Shown: positions 1 to 7,941 of the stretch, piece after piece
Layout: each line of letters opens with the position of its first letter
Position numbering within the stretch: the first letter of the stretch is position 1
Origin: Oligoflexales bacterium
Lineage (GTDB): Bacteria > Bdellovibrionota_B > Oligoflexia > Oligoflexales > RGVZ01
Assembly: GCA_044236265.1 (NCBI GenBank)
Contig: JBIIGV010000046.1
Span: forward strand, 1-20,969
Direction of reading: 5' to 3'
DNA length: 20,969 bases
The notes under the pieces: generated by a model
The model's database searches: none
What the model saw: the letters and a program-made list of their open reading frames with translations, nothing else
What the model was told of the DNA's origin: nothing
Translations under genes and position numbers: made by a program

Positions 1-1
1 G

Positions 2-1180
2 AAGAGCAAGGACTTCAACAAGGCTGCGGATGCATTTTTGGAGTTCCAGAAACTCTTCCCTCAAGATGAAAATGCCGATCGCGCACTCTTCAATGCGTCT
101 CTCAACCAGTTCAAAGCTGGTCGAGTGACAGACTCCATTGAATCGCAGAAAAAGCTACTCAGTATTTACAACAAGTCCGCTCTGTGTCCTGACGTGATGG
201 CAAACCTGGCTGAGACGCATGAGGCTGTTGCGCAGTTTCAGCCCGCTGCTGAAACCTACCGCAAATTTGCTGAGTTCTATCCAAACGATAAACGCGCTCC
301 CCTATCTTTGTTCAACGCAGGAGTCCTATTTCGCGGAATTAATAAAATGGACTTAGCCGCGAAATCATTTGCGGACCTTTACAGTCGATACCCTAGTCAC
401 GTCGCTGCAAGTGACGCGATCTTGGAGAGTGCCCGCATCAAAGAGACCAATGGCGACGAAAAAGGAGCTATCTCTGCTTATGGACTGTTCGCCAATAATC
501 CAGTCAACAAAAGTAAAGATGAAGGCCTTTATGCTGAGGCAAAGACAATCGAGCTACGTCTAAAAGCTGATCACAAACACGAGGGGGCCCGAAAGGACCT
601 CGGCAAGTTGATACACAGCCTGCGTGCAAAGGGCTCGCCAAGAGCAGCTGATGCTCGAAGAATCGTGGCCATGATACTTTTCAATGATCAAGAGGGATCC
701 GTCAAATCCTTCCGTTCTTTGCCGCTCGACAACGGCAAGGAGATCGAAAAACAGGCTGCCGCAAAACAATCCAAGCTCGTTCGCCTAGCCAATGCGTATC
801 AGGACATTATTCAAATTGGAAATGCTGAATATGCCGTAGCAAGTTACTATCGCTTGGGTGAGCTTCATGAGGACTTCGCTAGCGCATTGTTTAATGCCCC
901 TGCTCCCGCGGGCGCAAACCAGAAGGCTGCTGCTGAATTTAAAAGTCAGCTTGAGAAGGCTGCATTCCCACTGAAAGAAGAAGCAACAAAGTTCTTTGAA
1001 ACTGCGTTTCGTCAGTCTAGCGAGGTAGAGACATTTAGTGCATGGACGCAGAAGACATATCAGAAAATGGGACAGCTAGCCCCGGATAAGTATCCAGCAG
1101 TCTATGAGCAATCTGCGTCACCGAGCTATATGTCCTACAAGGTATCATTAAACCGAGCAACGAAAGACATTGCCGAATAA
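2..1180 (+). CDS. TPR protein, C-terminal part of an AgmU/GltD-like gliding motility protein (5'-truncated by the window edge)
   Basis: Frame is open from base 2 (AAG AGC AAG GAC...), so the TTG at 38 is probably internal. TPR/YbgF-like repeats (ADRALFNA, APLSLFNAGVLF). The C-terminus (YAVASYYRLGELHEDFASALFNAPAP...QLEKAAFPLKEEATKFFE...PDKYP) resembles the AgmU/GltD C-terminus, and GltE- and GltF-like genes follow. Confidence 0.75.
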   Translation, partial: KSKDFNKAADAFLEFQKLFPQDENADRALFNASLNQFKAGRVTDSIESQKKLLSIYNKSALCPDVMANLAETHEAVAQFQPAAETYRKFAEFYPNDKRAPLSLFNAGVLFRGINKMDLAAKSFADLYSRYPSHVAASDAILESARIKETNGDEKGAISAYGLFANNPVNKSKDEGLYAEAKTIELRLKADHKHEGARKDLGKLIHSLRAKGSPRAADARRIVAMILFNDQEGSVKSFRSLPLDNGKEIEKQAAAKQSKLVRLANAYQDIIQIGNAEYAVASYYRLGELHEDFASALFNAPAPAGANQKAAAEFKSQLEKAAFPLKEEATKFFETAFRQSSEVETFSAWTQKTYQKMGQLAPDKYPAVYEQSASPSYMSYKVSLNRATKDIAE

Positions 1181-1228
1181 ACCACCAAACTAAATTAGAT
1201 CTATGGGCACTTTAGAGGAGACCCAACT

Positions 1229-2383
1229 ATGAAAACCAAAAATACAGTATTTTGTACCATGATCATGACAGCATTCATGACGAACTCCTGCCAAACGACT
1301 GAAAGCGGCGCCAAGATTGTTGATCGCAATCGCGGCGAAATAATCATCAGCAACCCTGTAAATTCGCTCAGCGCCATGCCCGAGGGCAGCAAAGATTCCT
1401 CCATAACAAAGGCCAGGCAGCGATTGGAAACCTCTGTCAAAGACACCAGCAATGACCCGCAATTACTTGTTAATTTAGCTCAGTTACAATTAGCTCAAGA
1501 CAAGATCGCAGAGTCCGAGGAAACGGCACGTCGCGCCCTTTTGATTGACACAAAAAACAATGGAGCTCGCAAAGTTCTCGCTCAGGCTGCCATAAAGCGC
1601 GAAAAACACGATCTGGCTCTGATATTCCTGTCTGCCCTTGGCGGCGAAAAGTCCAAGGACTCTGACATTATTAATATGCTGGGTATTATCTCGTTAGGTC
1701 GGCAAGACCACGACGAAGCCATGCGTCTTTGGAAGCATGCACTAACCCTTAATCCAGGCGACATCTCGGTACGAATGAATCTTGGTGTTATGTACCTAAA
1801 AAATCGACTCTTCGCTCAGGCAAGCACACAATTTGAGAGAGTACTTAAAATTGCTCCAAACCATCAGGATGCACGTCTTCACCTGGCAATTATTGAGATG
1901 AGTCGCGGAAAAAACGCTGAGGCCATCACAACGTTCAACAATATTCTGTCTGGCGACAAGAATAACCAGCTCGCTCTTTTCAACTTAGGCATCGCTCAGA
2001 AGAATACTGCGCAATATGATGATGCCATCAATACATTAAAGCGTTACATCAAAGCGAGCCCCTCAAAGACAGAGCACACCGATCAGGCATTTGCGATGAT
2101 TGATGAAATGAACGCCACGTTATCTGCCAATAATCAAAAAGTTTCTGATGAAGACCTACAATCATTAGCTGGAGAACTAGCAAATCGTCAAAACACGGCC
2201 AAATCTTCGAGTTCAACTAAGGCAGTCGATAACAAATCTACGAGCCAGTCCGAGGCGAGTGCAAAGACGAATCCTGTGAAAAAAGCTGAAGCACCCATCC
2301 AGGCCGACACCACGCCTGACACTACGGCTTCGGATAGTGAAATTGAGGCACTAGAGCGCCAGTTAAAATCACCGGCACATTGA
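1229..2383 (+). CDS. TPR lipoprotein, AglT/GltE-like gliding motility protein
   Basis: GAGGAG SD upstream of ATG 1229; lipoprotein-like signal ending TNS-C21; about 6 TPR repeats (e.g. ISVRMNLGVMYLKNRLFAQASTQFERVLKIAPNH); low-complexity S/T/K/A C-terminal tail; lies between GltD- and GltF-like genes. Confidence 0.75.
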   Translation: MKTKNTVFCTMIMTAFMTNSCQTTESGAKIVDRNRGEIIISNPVNSLSAMPEGSKDSSITKARQRLETSVKDTSNDPQLLVNLAQLQLAQDKIAESEETARRALLIDTKNNGARKVLAQAAIKREKHDLALIFLSALGGEKSKDSDIINMLGIISLGRQDHDEAMRLWKHALTLNPGDISVRMNLGVMYLKNRLFAQASTQFERVLKIAPNHQDARLHLAIIEMSRGKNAEAITTFNNILSGDKNNQLALFNLGIAQKNTAQYDDAINTLKRYIKASPSKTEHTDQAFAMIDEMNATLSANNQKVSDEDLQSLAGELANRQNTAKSSSSTKAVDNKSTSQSEASAKTNPVKKAEAPIQADTTPDTTASDSEIEALERQLKSPAH

Positions 2384-2415
2384 TTCCGCTTGATTATGAT
2401 TTTGGAGGTAGACAG

Positions 2416-2784
2416 ATGAAATATTTACTAACTCGAGCCTCATTGACTTTGATCTTTGCTTTTCTGACTACAAGCACGATTGCGCACGCTGAGTCAAAAA
2501 ACTCGCCAAACAAGTCCGGCAAAACCCAGGTGAAGACAAACTCTAAAGCAGTATCACCCGCCGTAAAGGTTGACTCCAGCGAGAGCGAGGATGGATACGT
2601 CGCTGTTTCATCCACCCATATTGATTTTTCCGAGACTGCAATCGACGGAAAGATGAAGGCGCCAGATGGCTTTCTTTTACAAAGTCGCCAAAGCAGTAGC
2701 TTGAGCCAAATGGTCAAGCTTCGCAGCAATTTTAGAAATGAGTTGAACAACTCCAAGAGCGCGACGAAGGCTATTGTAAAGTAG
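2416..2784 (+). CDS. Secreted CglF/GltF-like adventurous gliding motility protein
   Basis: GGAGGT SD at 2404-2409 favours ATG 2416 over TTG 2380; Sec signal ending AHA; C-terminal motif IDFSETAIDGKMKAPDGFLLQSRQ...MVKLRSNFRNEL fits the GltF/CglF pattern (IDFxxxxIxGxxxxPxG...R..F). Confidence 0.72.
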   Translation: MKYLLTRASLTLIFAFLTTSTIAHAESKNSPNKSGKTQVKTNSKAVSPAVKVDSSESEDGYVAVSSTHIDFSETAIDGKMKAPDGFLLQSRQSSSLSQMVKLRSNFRNELNNSKSATKAIVK

Positions 2785-2788
2785 GGGC

Positions 2789-3526
2789 ATGCCAATGATT
2801 TTATTTTCGAGGACGAGAAGCCTGATGTTGGTGCTTAGTGTAGTTTGCGGACTGTCCACACTCACACCAAGCCATTCATATGCAGCAACAGCGAAATCGT
2901 CAAAAAAAGGCAAATCAAGTAAGGGCTCTGGCAAAGCAAAACCCAGGGCTAGTGCACCTTCAAGTGGGCCTTCAAGCTCTTCAAAGTCATCACCATCCAA
3001 AATTCACGCTCTCGTCAATGCAGGACTGTCGCCTTCTCCCCTATTTGGTTTCGGAGGTACTTTGGGGATGATCAAAGATGACGGCGGCGGCCTTGAGGCA
3101 TCACTGACTTTGGCATCAGGAAAGTCATCCACGATAAGCGCTAGCGTTACCCACATTGGCGCAAGATACCGGATTGGTTTAGCTAAGATTGGTTATATTG
3201 CAGCAGGAGCAGGCTTTCGAATGGCTTCAGGAAAGTGGTTTGTCTTGAATACGGACGAATCTGCTGAATACGAAGCGGGGGCATCGCTTAACGCCGTTAC
3301 GTTAGATGCGGCGGCTGGAACCCAGTTTAAGTTCGGCAAAATCCTTCTCGGAGCGGACTTATTTGGAATTTCGTTTCCACTATTCAAGCTAGGAGTTAAG
3401 AAGACTGTTCCTTCTGAGGAAGACTACAGTGCTGATGACGCCAGCGCCCAGCAAGGCAAATTCGATAAAATTGCGGCCGGCATGAATTTAACTTTGGTTA
3501 AAGTTGGCGTTGGCATGATGTTTTAA
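2789..3526 (+). CDS. Putative outer-membrane beta-barrel protein with a Lys/Ser-rich N-terminal arm
   Basis: Starts 4 nt after the GltF-like stop; signal peptide ending SYA; K/S/G/P-rich disordered segment; Gly-rich amphipathic strands; C-terminal strand ending in Phe (VKVGVGMMF), like a BAM beta-signal. Confidence 0.6.
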   Translation: MPMILFSRTRSLMLVLSVVCGLSTLTPSHSYAATAKSSKKGKSSKGSGKAKPRASAPSSGPSSSSKSSPSKIHALVNAGLSPSPLFGFGGTLGMIKDDGGGLEASLTLASGKSSTISASVTHIGARYRIGLAKIGYIAAGAGFRMASGKWFVLNTDESAEYEAGASLNAVTLDAAAGTQFKFGKILLGADLFGISFPLFKLGVKKTVPSEEDYSADDASAQQGKFDKIAAGMNLTLVKVGVGMMF

Positions 3527-3546
3527 AACACAAAACACTCAACAGG

Positions 3547-4284
3547 TCATGGCAAAAGCTGTAACTCAAATCCTAAACCATAAATTGTTCGAATATTAAT
3601 TTTTTGACTTAGTCGACGAAGAGTCCGCCGAACCTCATAAATTTTCCTGTTAAGAGCGTTATCTGTAATTTCAGCATCACCCCAACACATCGCTTTGACC
3701 TTTTCCCTCTCAACAACGCTACCGAAACTATCAACGAGCGTGCGTAAAATATTGACCTCAATCGGGGTCAAGTGCGCCGTCTCAGCGCCGTTGGTGACTG
3801 TCCTGTGGGCAAAATCGACAGTAAGTTTACCGATGGTCCGTGATGAGTTCTTCAATTTTGCCTGGTGAACGCCAAGCTGAAGCAAGCATGCTTCTTCAAT
3901 CAATTCATCGGATGCAGACAATGGTATAAAATCCGCGGCTCCGGACACAAGAATAGGATAAACCTCCGCTAACCGAGACTCCTCAGCTGCAATAATGACA
4001 GATGTATAAGGCCAAACTCGTCTAATTGTGAGAAGCGCTTCATAGACAGATTCAGACAGCCCCAGGACCACGACAAATGGCGGCTGAACGGATTCCAATT
4101 GACTCTCTGTATCCAAGCGCTCGACCGCACTAACAATTACATCCTGGGTGGCAACACAAAACCTGGCGAACTGGTTTAGGCGAAGACCCTTTCCAAAGCG
4201 ACCCGTACCGACGAAGAGAACTCCGGGCTGGACTGCAGTTTGGGAGTCAGAGCCGCGCACCTTCCTGGTTGCTGGCTTTTTCAT
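3547..4284 (-). CDS. OmpR/PhoB-family winged-helix transcriptional regulator with a degenerate receiver domain
   Basis: C-terminal wHTH motifs LTVDFAHRTV, HLTPIEVNILRTL, ALNRKIYEVRRTL, IRTIYGLGFEL; N-terminal receiver-like pattern lacks the acidic pocket, phospho-Asp and conserved Lys; GGAGG SD 6 nt upstream of the ATG. Confidence 0.82.
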   Translation of the reverse strand: MKKPATRKVRGSDSQTAVQPGVLFVGTGRFGKGLRLNQFARFCVATQDVIVSAVERLDTESQLESVQPPFVVVLGLSESVYEALLTIRRVWPYTSVIIAAEESRLAEVYPILVSGAADFIPLSASDELIEEACLLQLGVHQAKLKNSSRTIGKLTVDFAHRTVTNGAETAHLTPIEVNILRTLVDSFGSVVEREKVKAMCWGDAEITDNALNRKIYEVRRTLRRLSQKINIRTIYGLGFELQLLP

Positions 4285-4303
4285 TAAAGGCCTCCATCTA
4301 ATT

Positions 4304-4330
4304 AAAAAAAACTAGGAACTTCTTCCTAGT
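4304..4330 (-). terminator. Rho-independent terminator-like hairpin downstream of the metalloprotease gene
   Basis: Minus strand reads ACTAGGAA-GAAG-TTCCTAGT (8-bp perfect stem) followed by a T7 run. Confidence 0.65.
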
Positions 4331-4370
4331 CAATTCTAATTAGATGGACTTAAGACATCAAGCTTTCATT

Positions 4371-4946
4371 TCACTGTAGCCCAAAAAATCCGCGGACTTG
4401 CGGCCAATAGGATGAGAAGTCTTTCTCACCACTGATATCGAAGTACATCACATCGCGCTCATTTGGCGCATGGCCCATCTGGAAGCCATGCCCCACCTCA
4501 TGCGCAAACAATTTTCGGATTTCAATATTTAGAAGGCCCGGTGACGCTTCTTTCAGGTTGGCGGCCAAAAAGTCCTCATCGAACTCCACTTGCAGCGAAT
4601 ACGTGGTCGTTTCTGTTGTTTTCTGACCTGGCAATGGAACCACGGATCCCCGACGCTCAGTCTGGGAAAACCATTGCCCCCAGCCCACTTTACCGTCTCG
4701 ATTTTCAAGACCCTTGGTAATTAAAATAGGGCTGTTAGCAGCGTCTGGAGAGTCGCTAAACTCAAGAACCTGGTAGCCGACGTTGTTATTGTAATCCTCG
4801 ATGATGCGACGAATGAGGGGCCTGTAGGACTCGTCCCCCTGCTTGAGGGCCATCACGTACTTTTTAACTTCAGACTTTTGAACTGAAGAACCGCATGAAA
4901 CTAGCGGGAAAAGAAGAAATATCAGCAAAAAACTGCGCAAATCCAT
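4371..4946 (-). CDS. Matrixin-like (M10/metzincin) zinc metalloprotease lipoprotein
   Basis: HEVGHGFQMGH zinc motif plus Met-turn (DVMY); lipobox LVS-C; GGAG SD 6 nt before ATG 4946, preferred over GTG 4958. Confidence 0.78.
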   Translation of the reverse strand: MDLRSFLLIFLLFPLVSCGSSVQKSEVKKYVMALKQGDESYRPLIRRIIEDYNNNVGYQVLEFSDSPDAANSPILITKGLENRDGKVGWGQWFSQTERRGSVVPLPGQKTTETTTYSLQVEFDEDFLAANLKEASPGLLNIEIRKLFAHEVGHGFQMGHAPNERDVMYFDISGEKDFSSYWPQVRGFFGLQ

Positions 4947-4957
4947 ATTCAACTCCA

Positions 4958-5010
4958 CAACAGCAACAGCAAGTACAACAACGGAAGCAACAACAGCAAG
5001 TAATCCAGCA
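4958..5010. repeat. Low-complexity tract with 3-nt periodicity (CAA/CAG) and a 12-nt direct repeat
   Basis: CAACAGCAAGTA occurs at 4964-4975 and 4991-5002 within CAA/CAG repeats. Confidence 0.7.
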
Positions 5011-5042
5011 GAACAGGGGATATAGGACCCCCTATTGAAGAC

Positions 5043-5071
5043 TTTTTATATAATTAAATAGAAAATGTCAA
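5043..5071 (-). promoter_or_regulatory. Possible sigma-70 promoter for the metalloprotease gene, within an AT-rich tract
   Basis: Minus-strand TTGACA (5066-5071), 17-nt spacer, then an imperfect -10 TAAAAA; only 8 of the 80 nt in 5041-5120 are G/C. Confidence 0.4.
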
Positions 5072-5115
5072 TATTTTTATACTATTTTATAAGTATTCAA
5101 TAATATCTATATTTT

Positions 5116-5436
5116 TTAAATGGTTACCGTGACCTGCCCAGATGATTCCTGACAGGGATAAGCCCGAAGAGGGTCACAGGGTGGCCCTTGAAGCACAACC
5201 CCTCCCCTTTCGATGTCAAAAAGCCCGCCATGCGCATGACACATGAGATGTCCGCGACTCACCTCTCCGAATTCGCTCAGACGGACAGGCTGATGGCTAC
5301 ATAAATTATCGAAAACCCGAATCTGGCCCGAGGACCGAACAAAGATTAAATCTCGCCCACCAATGGTGCGCTGAACAATCTGACCTTCGGGGAAATCAGT
5401 GCCGAGCCCAACTGAATATGTCTGCGTCAACGCCAT
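5116..5436 (-). CDS. Rieske [2Fe-2S] ferredoxin
   Basis: Rieske ligand motifs CSH and CHAH, then GGLFDI and GPP...LRAY; 106 aa; ATG overlaps the hppD stop (TAATG). Confidence 0.9.
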   Translation of the reverse strand: MALTQTYSVGLGTDFPEGQIVQRTIGGRDLIFVRSSGQIRVFDNLCSHQPVRLSEFGEVSRGHLMCHAHGGLFDIERGGVVLQGPPCDPLRAYPCQESSGQVTVTI

Positions 5437-6482
5437 TAAAGAACCCCGCGACGCTCCTGATCGCGCTCGATGGCTCTAAATAAGGCGCCGAAATTACCTT
5501 CGCCAAATCCCATATGCCCTTTACGCTGAATAAACTCGAAGAAGATTGGACCTATGAGATTTTTTGAAAAAATCTGAATGAGATATCCGGACTCATCACC
5601 GTCGACCAAAAGATTGTGCTTTCGGATCTGGCCATGATCTTCTGTCACATTTGGCACGCGCTTAAACACCTCATCGTAGTAATCGTCGTCGATGTCTAGC
5701 GTATCAAATTTAGCATCCTGCATAAGATCCATGGTCTTCAGCATGTTGGACGTCAAGAGTGCTATGTGCTGAATTCCGGGCCCTTTGTACTCTCTTAAAT
5801 ATTCATTGATTTGACTCTTTGACTCTGTGCCCTCGTTGATTGGAATACAAAAGCTACCGCACGGAGATCTTAGGGCGTAACTCAACAACCCTGTCTTTTG
5901 ACCACGAATGTCGAAGTAGCGAACCTCCTCAAATCCAAACACATTCTTGTAGAAATCTGCCAAAGGCTTCAATTCGCCCTGGTAAACGTTATTGGTCAAA
6001 TGATCCATCAACGCAAAGCCTTTTCCGTTAACCACTTCAGGCTTACTAGCTTCGCGAAATCCCATCTCTTCATAACGGTTGGCGCTCTTGTAGTTATCAA
6101 TAAAATAAATCACGCTTTCACCGACACCCAAAATGGCAGGAACCTTCTTGCCATTTCTTGTGTAATCGGCCTGGGGAGCCGCTTTTGCTCCACGGGATAT
6201 CGCAATCTCAAAGGCCTTTTCCGCATTTTCCACACGCCATCCAGTCGCACAGGCACTGGGGCCATGTAATTTAGCAAACGAGGCCGCAAAAGAATTGGGG
6301 TCACGATTTACCAAAAAGTGAATGTCACCTTGATTGTAATAGTCGACGGGACGCGACTCATGGGTCTTAGTTAAAGAAAAGCCTAAATCCTTGAAGATGG
6401 CTTTAAGTTCATCAGGTCGAGGTGAAGCAAACTCCACAAACTCAAACCCTTTAATACCAACTGGATTATTAACTTGAGCCAT
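5436..6482 (-). CDS. hppD: 4-hydroxyphenylpyruvate dioxygenase
   Basis: NPVGIKGFEFVEFASP start; Fe-ligand motifs DHLTNNV, GPGIQHIAL and FFEFIQRKG; C-terminal GFGEGNFGALFRAIERDQERRGVL; AGGAG SD. Confidence 0.96.
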   Translation of the reverse strand: MAQVNNPVGIKGFEFVEFASPRPDELKAIFKDLGFSLTKTHESRPVDYYNQGDIHFLVNRDPNSFAASFAKLHGPSACATGWRVENAEKAFEIAISRGAKAAPQADYTRNGKKVPAILGVGESVIYFIDNYKSANRYEEMGFREASKPEVVNGKGFALMDHLTNNVYQGELKPLADFYKNVFGFEEVRYFDIRGQKTGLLSYALRSPCGSFCIPINEGTESKSQINEYLREYKGPGIQHIALLTSNMLKTMDLMQDAKFDTLDIDDDYYDEVFKRVPNVTEDHGQIRKHNLLVDGDESGYLIQIFSKNLIGPIFFEFIQRKGHMGFGEGNFGALFRAIERDQERRGVL

Positions 6483-6507
6483 GTGTGGAACTCCTAAAAT
6501 CTATAGG

Positions 6508-7941
6508 TCAATACGCATTCTTATGAATAAACCCGCGCACAATTGTAAGCAACAAAATCCTGATATCAAAACCCAATGACCAGTTTTGAATGTAGTACAG
6601 GTCACATTCAATACGCTTCTCAATACTCGTATCTCCTCGCCAGCCGTTCACCTGAGCCCAGCCGGTAATTCCCGCTTTGACTTTGTGTCTTAAAAAATAT
6701 CCGGGAATTTTGCGACGAAAGTCGTTTACAAAAACAGGACGCTCAGGCCGAGGCCCAACAAGGCTCATATCCCCAGCCAAGACGTTGAAAAACTGCGGCA
6801 ACTCATCCAGACTTGTTTTCCTTAGCAGACTGCCAAGCCACGTCGCACGGTTATCCCCAGCTTTTGCAAAAACGGCTCCCGACTTGGACTCGGCATCGAC
6901 TGGCATAGATCGAAATTTCAACATGCGGAATGTCCGTCCATCGAGCCCCATCCGTTCCTGACGGTAGAAAATTGGTCCCGGAGACGACAAGGGAACCAAA
7001 ATCGAGAGAAGCAACATAATAGGAGAAAATAATATAAGAGCAAAGGCGGCACCAAAAATATCCAACACTCGTTTAAATAAGCCCTGTACTCCCGCCATTG
7101 GGCTATCGTGAATACTGATCACCGGAACGCCCGAAATGAGTTCAATACCGGCTGCGAGCTTAGTAAATTTCATCAAGTCTGGTAGCAGTTTGACATCAGG
7201 AACCTGATCCGCAATTTGCTCAAGCTTCTCCTCGATCCAACCAAAATTCTTGTACGGTAATGCGACGACGACAGTCTGCATCGGATGCTCTACGAAAAAA
7301 GATGGCCAATCTGTTTGATCGGGATAAATTGTCAGTTGACGTTTGGCAGCTATCGTACGCCCGAGATTCACCTGATCAGGATCACCCACCAAAATAATGC
7401 CAGCCAAGTCATTAGCAGCAACCTCACCTAACTCAGCCATCTTAATCGCCGACTCGATAAATTCCCCTGATCCGATAATGAGCGTTCTACGTGGCGTGGC
7501 CCGTCGGCGATAAACGCGCAGTGCTTTACGGACCATACTTCGACCACACACAATCAGGATCGGGTGAAGAACGGAGAAAACTCCAATCACAATCCGGCTG
7601 TATCTGTATTCTTCATAAAAGTAGGTGAACGAGATGAAGGCAAGAGTTGCTATCGCGCTCGACTGAATGACATCAATCGCCTCTATAATCGCACTACGAT
7701 GACGATTACTGCGCCTGTAAAATCCTGACATGGCAAAAACAGAAAGCCAAATCACCCCAATAAACGGCAAAAGCTTCATATATAAAGATACAGACGGCAT
7801 CCCTAGGGGCGCTTCAATTCCAGTTTCAAAACGAATAAACCAGGCAGCCACCCATGCAAACATCACCATCGATAAATCGACGGTCATCCTAATTAAAGTC
7901 AAAATATTCTGTCGTCTAGGATTCATCGCCTCACGATCCAA
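6508..7941 (-). CDS. Undecaprenyl-phosphate glucose phosphotransferase (WcaJ/CpsE-like priming glycosyltransferase)
   Basis: Four N-terminal TM segments, a CoA-binding-like domain (TLIIGSG) and a Bac_transf domain (KRVLDI, KFRSM, LRKTSLDELPQFFNVLAGDMSLVGPRP, GITGWAQVNG, DLYYIQNWS, NAY end). Start is TTG 7941 or ATG 7926. Confidence 0.92.
   Translation of the reverse strand: MDREAMNPRRQNILTLIRMTVDLSMVMFAWVAAWFIRFETGIEAPLGMPSVSLYMKLLPFIGVIWLSVFAMSGFYRRSNRHRSAIIEAIDVIQSSAIATLAFISFTYFYEEYRYSRIVIGVFSVLHPILIVCGRSMVRKALRVYRRRATPRRTLIIGSGEFIESAIKMAELGEVAANDLAGIILVGDPDQVNLGRTIAAKRQLTIYPDQTDWPSFFVEHPMQTVVVALPYKNFGWIEEKLEQIADQVPDVKLLPDLMKFTKLAAGIELISGVPVISIHDSPMAGVQGLFKRVLDIFGAAFALILFSPIMLLLSILVPLSSPGPIFYRQERMGLDGRTFRMLKFRSMPVDAESKSGAVFAKAGDNRATWLGSLLRKTSLDELPQFFNVLAGDMSLVGPRPERPVFVNDFRRKIPGYFLRHKVKAGITGWAQVNGWRGDTSIEKRIECDLYYIQNWSLGFDIRILLLTIVRGFIHKNAY

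Noticed and set aside
2394..3000. Minus-strand ORFs 2394-2795 and 2677-3000
   Set aside because: Antisense to better-supported plus-strand genes that have signal peptides and operon context.
4958..5010. Possible CRISPR or mini-array
   Set aside because: Only two 12-nt copies 27 nt apart in low-complexity sequence; no spacers of CRISPR length and no cas genes.
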